DNA from: a virus
Taxonomy: Duplodnaviria; Caudoviricetes
DNA length: 25,689 bases
IMG/VR virus record: IMGVR_UViG_3300027787_000007
Location: 1 to 25,689 of that record
Strand: one strand, 5' to 3'
Below the pieces are notes generated by a model that made no database searches, was not told the origin of the DNA, and worked only from the letters and a program-made list of their open reading frames with translations. The position numbers were made by a program, and so were the translations under genes. Shown here piece after piece: positions 9,655 through 16,110 of the stretch. The stretch's first letter is position 1. Each line of letters starts with the position of its first letter.

Positions 9655-11400
9655 TCACTCGAACGCCTCCTTGTTCAGTTTGTACGCAACGAAGGCGTCC
9701 ATGAGAGCCGCCACGTTGTCGATCTTTTCGTCAAAACGTCGCTTGAGCAGCTTTCGGTTTCCGTTTGTGTCCTCGATGGTGATGGCATTACCCATCGCCC
9801 ACGACATCAACGTCTCGTCGAAGAGAAGCAAGCGTTGGCCGCTGAGATGTTTCAACTCACCGAGAGGAACAGATTCGGTTCGAGCACCTTGAATCACTTT
9901 CTCGATGCCGTATGAACCGTTCTCCTGTTCCCATCGAGTCACAAACTCTTTGGCGTTGTACGGGTCGAATCCTAGGCACCGGACGTCATACTCACAGGTC
10001 TCGATGTGTTTATCGAGATCTTCGTAGACCTCCATCATGTCCAGGATTGTACCTTCGAGAACGTGAAGACTTCCTTCTCGGATGAACTCCTCGTACTTTT
10101 GTCGCATTGCCCCCGGCAACTTCATCAACGTCAAGGACGTGATGTAGCTTCTTACCTTGATTCCGAACTGACCGAACGCCAATGGGAACAGGAACGTGAA
10201 AGCACAGAAGTCGTCGCCTTGCGAAAGGTCGGCACCGAGAGCACATGGCAACTTCCAATACTCTTGGTGACGATGTGGAAGGGTCTCTTCGTACGTGAAG
10301 AAGTACGTGTATCCCTCCATAGGAATTCCGAATCGCTTGGCTAGGATGTCATTCCTCGACGCGGGGGCCTTTTCGGCTCGCTCCACATCCAGATGGTACG
10401 TTTCGTACGTGACGGTCTTACCGATGTTCGGATTTGCCTTAGGCCACATCGCAGGGTCGGCAACTTCTTCCAGCTCGTCGAGCTTGTAGTGCCAGATCGA
10501 AACATGCGGCGCAAGGTAATCACCCTTCAGTATGTCAGCAAGTTCCATTTTGATTGTATCACCGGAACCATTGCGGACAGTACCTTCAGAGCTGATTGCA
10601 ACGATCAGATAGTCGTCAAGCTTTGATGCTCCCTGCTCGACAGCACCAACGACGTCTTCACGAAGATCGCCCGATAGCCATTCGTCGATCGTCGAGACCT
10701 TAGGTCGTAGTCCCTGCAATTTGTTAATGGCCATAGGACGAACTTCAAGCAACGAGCCAGTCAGAAAGTTCTCGATGCCTTTCTTCGTTGACGCCAGCTT
10801 GACCCGATTGGCTCGCGAACCCGTCGTGTTCTGCAACGAACCATCGGTAAGAAACTCGAACAGCGGTCCACGCGCGCGCGTGATGGCCGTACGAATCGGC
10901 GACATTACTTCGTCAGCTTGCTTCATCGTCGGCGCTGTTGTGATCTGGTGAGTCGTTGAAGTATCGACATTCAGGAAGTAGTTCTGAATGAGCGATGCAT
11001 ACATCGACTTGGCTGCGCCACGAGCGACGATCAAGTACTGCTTCGTGGTTAGACGTTTCTTGATTAGCTTCTTGACATAACGTCCACCATGACCGTCAGT
11101 CGAAGGTTGATAAACACTTCGCTCAACGAAGTAGTACCAACCAAAGATCTGTTCGGCCCACACCTTGAAGATGGGAAGCAGGTGAAGGTCAGATCCATCT
11201 GTCAGCGTAAGTTCGTTCTCGCAGTAGAGGATGAAACCTTGGATTGCCTGATCGTCGTAATAGATGTTCGGGTTGGCGATCAGCGCATCGATACGGTTCA
11301 TCTCCATCGCGACTTCCCGGTTTACTGGGATCTCGCCACGAAGTACCGCTTGACGAAACTCGCCGTAGTACTTGGGAGTCGCCTTGTTCGATAACACCAC
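9655..11400 (-). CDS. terL: Terminase large subunit
   Basis: 581 aa; Walker A-like VARGAAKS, Walker B STIDEW, nuclease motifs GADLSQGDD and KIDNVAALMDA, plus WPKANPNIG. Confidence 0.93.
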   Translation of the reverse strand: MVLSNKATPKYYGEFRQAVLRGEIPVNREVAMEMNRIDALIANPNIYYDDQAIQGFILYCENELTLTDGSDLHLLPIFKVWAEQIFGWYYFVERSVYQPSTDGHGGRYVKKLIKKRLTTKQYLIVARGAAKSMYASLIQNYFLNVDTSTTHQITTAPTMKQADEVMSPIRTAITRARGPLFEFLTDGSLQNTTGSRANRVKLASTKKGIENFLTGSLLEVRPMAINKLQGLRPKVSTIDEWLSGDLREDVVGAVEQGASKLDDYLIVAISSEGTVRNGSGDTIKMELADILKGDYLAPHVSIWHYKLDELEEVADPAMWPKANPNIGKTVTYETYHLDVERAEKAPASRNDILAKRFGIPMEGYTYFFTYEETLPHRHQEYWKLPCALGADLSQGDDFCAFTFLFPLAFGQFGIKVRSYITSLTLMKLPGAMRQKYEEFIREGSLHVLEGTILDMMEVYEDLDKHIETCEYDVRCLGFDPYNAKEFVTRWEQENGSYGIEKVIQGARTESVPLGELKHLSGQRLLLFDETLMSWAMGNAITIEDTNGNRKLLKRRFDEKIDNVAALMDAFVAYKLNKEAFE

Positions 11401-11414
11401 GCCAACCCTCCTTC

Positions 11415-11807
11415 CTACTTACTGGTAGCTTCTGCCACACCCTTGATCGCGCTGTAGACCTCATCGCCGAGCTTGGCGACATTGAGCAGATCACGAATTT
11501 GATTCGAACCTGCGAGGAGGTCTTGACGACGTAGTTGCTTGTATTGCTGCTCGAGCTGCATCCTTCTGATCAGCTTCTGCAGATCAGCGTTGGACAGAGA
11601 GCTCGGCTTGCTCTTCCTGGCTCGCTGCTGAAGCTTGGCTGCGTCGACCGCGTCTTTCGTGGCACGCTGGTTCTTACCACCCCGGACTTTGATCTTTCCG
11701 CCCGGCTTGGTCTTGGCAGTGACAGCGACTGGTCGACGATTGCGACGGACTCCCCACTTCATCCCCTTCACACCGAAGTGCGCGAGGACCTTATCGATTT
11801 CGTCCAT
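11415..11807 (-). CDS. Small basic protein with HxG(V/I)KGMKWGVRR N-terminal motif (DUF7211-like, possible internal virion protein)
   Basis: N-terminus reads LAHFGVKGMKWGVRR; Lys/Arg-rich; C-terminal LSNADLQKLIRRMQLEQQY helix; lies just upstream of terL. Confidence 0.65.
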   Translation of the reverse strand: MDEIDKVLAHFGVKGMKWGVRRNRRPVAVTAKTKPGGKIKVRGGKNQRATKDAVDAAKLQQRARKSKPSSLSNADLQKLIRRMQLEQQYKQLRRQDLLAGSNQIRDLLNVAKLGDEVYSAIKGVAEATSK

Positions 11808-11817
11808 GTATTCCTCG

Positions 11818-12492
11818 CTAAAGAGACTTGTAGAAGATCGGTGTTATGCCGTAATACGGCGTACCTGATGGGTCGACCTGAGGCACCACGTCACCAGCTC
11901 CGACACGGAACAATGCCGGGTAGATTCCCGTCCAACCTCCAACGATTGATGAAATATCTTCGTTGTGGCTGGGAACCCGAACCGGATCGGCGTCAGAGTA
12001 AGCTCCATGACCACCAGAAAATGATGGTGAGTGCACGTAGTGACCGGCAGCATTGTAGCGAGAGACAACATATACCTGTCCGGTGTTCACCGCGACGGGC
12101 GTGTCAAACAATGTATCTCGGTATCCGCCACCCGTAGATGCAACCGTCTTGTTGGCCAAACTAGCTGTTGATCCAGTGTCTGGAATGTGTCCGTTTGTAG
12201 TCTCAGCATCCCACAACCGCATCACCCAGTTGCCCGCACCTGCAGCACCGTCATACCAGCGAACACCGGTGATGAAACCCGAGTTATGCAGGATGAACTG
12301 GTGTCCGATGACGATGTTCGGCGTTCCGTCAGTGTAGGCAGTTGGAGTGATCAGTAGTGCATCGTTGACGTAATACGGACCATCTGCACTAGCCGGCTTC
12401 TCCCAGACGATCTGTCCATCGACCATCATCATGTCGACTTCTTGATTGGCTACTCTGGCCTCGATTGCTGTGGTGAAGTCATACTGAGGCAT
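11818..12492 (-). CDS. DUF4082-like beta-sandwich protein (minor structural, possibly carbohydrate-binding)
   Basis: IGHQF...GFITGVRWY...LW...LFDTPVAVNTGQVYVVS...GHY follows the DUF4082 pattern as I recall it. Confidence 0.6.
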   Translation of the reverse strand: MPQYDFTTAIEARVANQEVDMMMVDGQIVWEKPASADGPYYVNDALLITPTAYTDGTPNIVIGHQFILHNSGFITGVRWYDGAAGAGNWVMRLWDAETTNGHIPDTGSTASLANKTVASTGGGYRDTLFDTPVAVNTGQVYVVSRYNAAGHYVHSPSFSGGHGAYSDADPVRVPSHNEDISSIVGGWTGIYPALFRVGAGDVVPQVDPSGTPYYGITPIFYKSL

Positions 12493-13055
12493 CAGGCCGG
12501 CAATCGGAAGTAGATATGAAGCGGATTCGAGTCAGCGGCGGGTGGCCACGAACCATTCGCAACCAAAGTTACTGTGACTGACTCTCCGTCCGCACCATCT
12601 GCGCCGTCGGCACCGTCAGCTCCAGGCGGGCCTTGAATGCCCTGGGACCCCGTAGCTCCAGTGTCACCCGTGTCTCCCTTAGGGCCCTGAATACCTTGAG
12701 CCCCGGTTGCACCTGTGGCTCCTGTTGCGCCGGTAGCACCCGTTGGCCCAGCAGGACCGACGAGAGACTCGAGCCACTCCGCCTCGGTGCCCACAAAACC
12801 ATTATCAACAGCAACCTCATAAGCTGAATCACCGGGAACTCCTTCGAGCACGGCACCCTCGATAGCCGCGGTAATCAACGCTTCGATTTGAGGTTGGTCG
12901 ATGTAGTAGGGAAGGACAACCCAGTAGGTATTGCCATCCCCGATTTTGAACTTCTTCGTGTCCGTTTCGAAGCCGATCTCGCCAGAACGCAAGAGCGGAT
13001 TCCTGGAGGTCCAGCTAGCAGACGTACCACGCCGAACCTGAATGATGTCCGCCAT
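12492..13055 (-). CDS. Collagen-like fibre protein with Mtd/hyaluronidase-type N-terminal domain
   Basis: N-terminal [37 protein letters not shown]; [22 protein letters not shown] motif; run of about 20 Gly-X-Y triplets. Confidence 0.8.
   Translation of the reverse strand: MADIIQVRRGTSASWTSRNPLLRSGEIGFETDTKKFKIGDGNTYWVVLPYYIDQPQIEALITAAIEGAVLEGVPGDSAYEVAVDNGFVGTEAEWLESLVGPAGPTGATGATGATGATGAQGIQGPKGDTGDTGATGSQGIQGPPGADGADGADGADGESVTVTLVANGSWPPAADSNPLHIYFRLPA
12583..12760 (-). repeat. Gly-X-Y collagen-coding repeat
   Basis: Encodes [60 protein letters not shown]; boundaries approximate. Confidence 0.85.
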
Positions 13056-13063
13056 GAAGTCTC

Positions 13064-13468
13064 CTAAGGATCTCCGCCGTCGACGATAATGTCGTCATCG
13101 AGAACGACATCTGGATCAGGATCGACCCATTCGGTTTCTTCCCGGTACGCGTTGATGCGCCATTCGAGTTCCTTGATCTGCTGCTCCATCGCCGTCTGGT
13201 GATAGCTTGTGGAGGGAGGATCGAAGGCCATTCGAACACGCATCTGAACGTACTGCTTGACGTTGTTCTTGCGCTTGTCGGTTCCAAGGAAGGTGTCCCA
13301 CGTGGGCACCTTGTCCTCGATTGCGAACCCGTCAGCCGGGCCTACACCCAACTGATTCAAAGTTGCAAAGACCGAGTTCGTGAAGAGGATGATGTCTTCG
13401 TCGAACGAAGTATCGGCCTCAGGAAGACCTAGGGTCTTCTTCAAACTCGTTAAGATGCTGGTGATCAC
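13064..13468 (-). CDS. Head-to-tail adaptor (gp6-like connector)
   Basis: GGAGGTG precedes the GTG at 13468. Helical protein, [11 protein letters not shown]...FDEDII...[16 protein letters not shown]...ELEWR. Confidence 0.65.
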   Translation of the reverse strand: MITSILTSLKKTLGLPEADTSFDEDIILFTNSVFATLNQLGVGPADGFAIEDKVPTWDTFLGTDKRKNNVKQYVQMRVRMAFDPPSTSYHQTAMEQQIKELEWRINAYREETEWVDPDPDVVLDDDIIVDGGDP

Positions 13469-13488
13469 GCGGGACACCTCCCTTCAGA

Positions 13489-14217
13489 TCAGAACCGACC
13501 CTCGTTGAGCCGACGCTGCAGCGCCTTGACGGTCACCGGATCCATTCGCTGGGTCACCGGGACGCCGAGGTACACCTGCAGGGCGCCGATCGTCTTCGGG
13601 CCGAGTTCTCCGTCGGCAACGAGCCGGTGATTGACACGATCCGCCAGGTACCGCTGCACCCAGTAGATCAGTTCGGACTTCGGTGTCGAGATGACGCCAT
13701 CCACGTACGGGCTGCCGATGATGGCCTGCCACTTGGAGATGGTCTTCGGACCGAGTTCTCCGTCGACGTCGAGACGCTCGTTCTTCCAGTCGACCTGCGG
13801 ACGGCCCTGCTCCGGCGGAACGTACTCGCCAGCGAACCATTCCGAGTGAACGTGGTCCTCGTGGTTGGCGGTCGGGTCACCCCGGTCGGCCATCTGCCGC
13901 ACGACACCCGGAGAAACCACCGTCGAGGTGATCTTGTGATTCCAGATGACGTGACGCAGCTTGTGTCGACCGCGCCGCTCCCAGATCGCATTCCGAACGA
14001 AGTCGCCGGCCTCCTTGGTGTGAACCATGAAGTCGATGACCGGATGCTGCTCGGTGTGGTTGAGCTTGTGGTCCATGTTCGGACCGTCGCCCCACAGGAA
14101 CCAGACGTCGTGCCCGTTGGCCCAGGCGAGGTTGCAGATCTCGTAGGCGATGTCCCAACCGTTGGCTGGGACTGCGCCGAGCTCGCTAGAGACGTAGCCC
14201 CACTTGTCCTCAGCCAT
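13489..14217 (-). CDS. Endolysin: Zn-peptidase (M15/LAS-like) domain plus two peptidoglycan-binding repeats
   Basis: ATG at 14217 after GAGGA. Catalytic-like DH...IDFM...VIWN...NHEDHVH motif. C-terminal repeats LDVDGELGPKT..WQ and LVADGELGPKT..LQ resemble PG_binding_1. Confidence 0.8.
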   Translation of the reverse strand: MAEDKWGYVSSELGAVPANGWDIAYEICNLAWANGHDVWFLWGDGPNMDHKLNHTEQHPVIDFMVHTKEAGDFVRNAIWERRGRHKLRHVIWNHKITSTVVSPGVVRQMADRGDPTANHEDHVHSEWFAGEYVPPEQGRPQVDWKNERLDVDGELGPKTISKWQAIIGSPYVDGVISTPKSELIYWVQRYLADRVNHRLVADGELGPKTIGALQVYLGVPVTQRMDPVTVKALQRRLNEGRF

Positions 14218-14605
14218 TGGCATCCTCGTCCTTCTCGTCCGCGTCGAAGTCGGCGTCGTCGACGGTCTTGTCGCGAGCTTCCTCGTCGTAGGCCGCGTTG
14301 GAGTCGTGGCGCTCCGGGGTCTGGACGTAGACGTCCGGGTCCTGCGTGCTGACGTCGGGCTTGTTGTCGCCCGGCTGGACGAACTGCGGAGCCTCGGCCG
14401 AGACCGGCGCAGAAGCACGGGTGTCCTGGCTCGGCTGAGCGTCGCTGTCGTTGGCGTCGACGTTGTCGTTGTCTGCGACGAGGACGGGCTCGTCCGCGTT
14501 CTTCTCCACGGCGTTCTGGTGGGCGGCCAGTGCCTTTTCCCGGGCCTGCGTCAGGTCCTCGGTGTTCTGGGCGTCGGCGTGGCCGCTCTCGACTCGCTCT
14601 TCCAT
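14210..14605 (-). CDS. Highly acidic low-complexity hypothetical protein
   Basis: AAGGAGG before the ATG at 14605; 131 aa rich in D/E/A/N; overlaps the lysin start. Confidence 0.7.
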   Translation of the reverse strand: MEERVESGHADAQNTEDLTQAREKALAAHQNAVEKNADEPVLVADNDNVDANDSDAQPSQDTRASAPVSAEAPQFVQPGDNKPDVSTQDPDVYVQTPERHDSNAAYDEEARDKTVDDADFDADEKDEDANG

Positions 14606-14621
14606 CGTTCCTCCTTCTCGG

Positions 14622-15032
14622 TTACCACAACTTGGTGTCGCCAGCCACACGAGCAACGGGCAATCGGGGAAGTTGCTGCGCGGTACCGTAATGGATGGCA
14701 TTGTGGGTCTTGTGTGTGACCGTGATCAAGTACTCCGGGTCGAGAATGCTTGGATCTCCACTCGAAATATCGTCAACCGTCATCGGATTCATGTGATGGA
14801 TGTAAAGACCCTTGTGGATCTCAAATCCAAGGATGCCTAAATCGCAGCCCTCATCGCGAATGATGACGTGGCGACGGATTTGACGCCACTCTTTTGAACG
14901 GTAGAACATCTGGTTCATGTATCGGTCGAACCCAAACGTGGAATCACCGACTTGACCGTTCAACTGGAGGTATTCGAACCTAGACTCAAGCGTATCGAAC
15001 CGTCGAAGCTCGGAATACGACCTAATTCTCAT
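14622..15032 (-). CDS. HNH endonuclease (packaging-associated, HK97 gp74-like)
   Basis: W..IRRHVIIRDEGC...IHHMNP...LITVTHKTHNAIH; located at the start of the packaging module. Confidence 0.8.
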   Translation of the reverse strand: MRIRSYSELRRFDTLESRFEYLQLNGQVGDSTFGFDRYMNQMFYRSKEWRQIRRHVIIRDEGCDLGILGFEIHKGLYIHHMNPMTVDDISSGDPSILDPEYLITVTHKTHNAIHYGTAQQLPRLPVARVAGDTKLW

Positions 15033-15375
15033 AGTCGTCCTCTGAGGGTTGAGCCTCTTGGCCTTGATAGAGCCGCATGACACGAATTGCTTCGCTGTAG
15101 AGCTGCTCTACTCTCTTCTCGGATTCGATTGCATCGGCCTTGATCCTAGTTAACCTCAGTTCCTCTTCTAAACGCTCTTGCTCGAGTCGTTCTCGTGAGG
15201 AACCAAGCTTGAGATAGTGACTAATGACCTGAGCAGATGCCGTACCATTCAGCAGCTGCTTCTCAGCCAGGTCAGTAGCGTAGGAAATGAGCTGAGCCTC
15301 CCGAGCATCGGGAGTTGTGGCGGGTCTTGGCCGTTTGGGCTCGGAATCCGACTCTTTGGGTCGTCGAATGACCAC
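15022..15375 (-). CDS. Putative terminase small subunit
   Basis: 117 aa, helical with a coiled coil (RERLEQERLEEEL); next to the HNH gene and the putative genome end. Assigned from position and size. Confidence 0.45.
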   Translation of the reverse strand: MVIRRPKESDSEPKRPRPATTPDAREAQLISYATDLAEKQLLNGTASAQVISHYLKLGSSRERLEQERLEEELRLTRIKADAIESEKRVEQLYSEAIRVMRLYQGQEAQPSEDDYEN

Positions 15376-15409
15376 GTCTCAACTCCCTTCTGCTAGATGG
15401 GGTCGAAAC

Positions 15410-15697
15410 TCAGGGAGCCAGCTGCCTGGCGGTGCGCATCTTGCCCAGCAGCGAGTTCACGGTCGTCCGCAGATTGACGACATCGGTCCGCAGCGCGTTG
15501 AACTCGGCCTCGGTGGGCGATTCACCGCCCGTGATGGCAGCCTGAGTCATCGCCGGGGCGTCAGTCTGGGCCGCGGCCTGCTTGGGGATGACCAAACCGG
15601 CTCCGGAAGCGTCGAAAAGCTCGAGCTGGAGCGTCAGTTCATTGGTTCTGCGCGTCCCGCCATCCACCAGGACGGCTTGCTGCGTCGGTTGTGCCAC
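15410..15697 (-). CDS. Small structural protein (head fibre/decoration-like)
   Basis: GAGAGGG before the GTG at 15697. The KQAAAQTD...PTEAEFNAL...NSLLGKMR pattern resembles phage head-fibre proteins. Confidence 0.45.
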   Translation of the reverse strand: MAQPTQQAVLVDGGTRRTNELTLQLELFDASGAGLVIPKQAAAQTDAPAMTQAAITGGESPTEAEFNALRTDVVNLRTTVNSLLGKMRTARQLAP

Positions 15698-15714
15698 TTT
15701 TGTCCCTCTCTGTC

Positions 15715-15845
15715 CTAGTTTGCCCCGACTTTCCGGGGGCAAAAAACTTACTCGATTTTGTCCCCCGGGGCATTTTTGAGGACGGAGGCGATGCGGACGG
15801 GGGGTCTGATTTGCGGACCCCCTCCCCCCTACGTCTTCATCTCTC
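15715..15845. other. Putative genome terminus / cos packaging region
   Basis: Non-coding gap with inverted repeats TTTGCCCC/GGGGCAAA (15719-15743), CCCCGGGG (~15763-15770) and GGGGGTC/GACCCCC (15800-15822); lies just upstream of the packaging genes. Confidence 0.55.
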
Positions 15846-15850
15846 CCACT

Positions 15851-16099
15851 CTATGCAGCCACTGAGACAGGAGCTGCGACTTTTCTGTAGATTCCGAGAA
15901 CATTGTTCTCAACAATCCACGAAATCGCATTCTCTATCTCAACACTTTGCACATCATCAGGCAACTCATCAGACACGTTGGCAACACGTGCCAAGAAAGA
16001 CGGAGTGTTGTACCCTGCTTGTCTGTCGAATGCATACCACTCATCCCAATGTGTGAAAGGATTCCATGGATTGTCGACAGTAGTTAACATGTGTTCCAT
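15851..16099 (-). CDS. Small acidic/aromatic protein directly downstream of the RNA polymerase-like gene
   Basis: AAGGAG before the ATG at 16099; 82 aa, LTTVDNPWNPFTHWDEWYAFD. Confidence 0.75.
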   Translation of the reverse strand: MEHMLTTVDNPWNPFTHWDEWYAFDRQAGYNTPSFLARVANVSDELPDDVQSVEIENAISWIVENNVLGIYRKVAAPVSVAA

Positions 16100-16110
16100 T
16101 GATTCTCCTT

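Noticed and set aside
12492-13055. Mtd-like N-terminus as a sign of a diversity-generating retroelement
   Set aside because: No reverse transcriptase, no C-type lectin domain and no TR/VR pair differing at adenines seen in the window.
14218-14418. Arg/Thr-rich N-terminal extension of the lysin ORF
   Set aside because: Alternate-frame read of the acidic gene; the ATG at 14217 has its own RBS.
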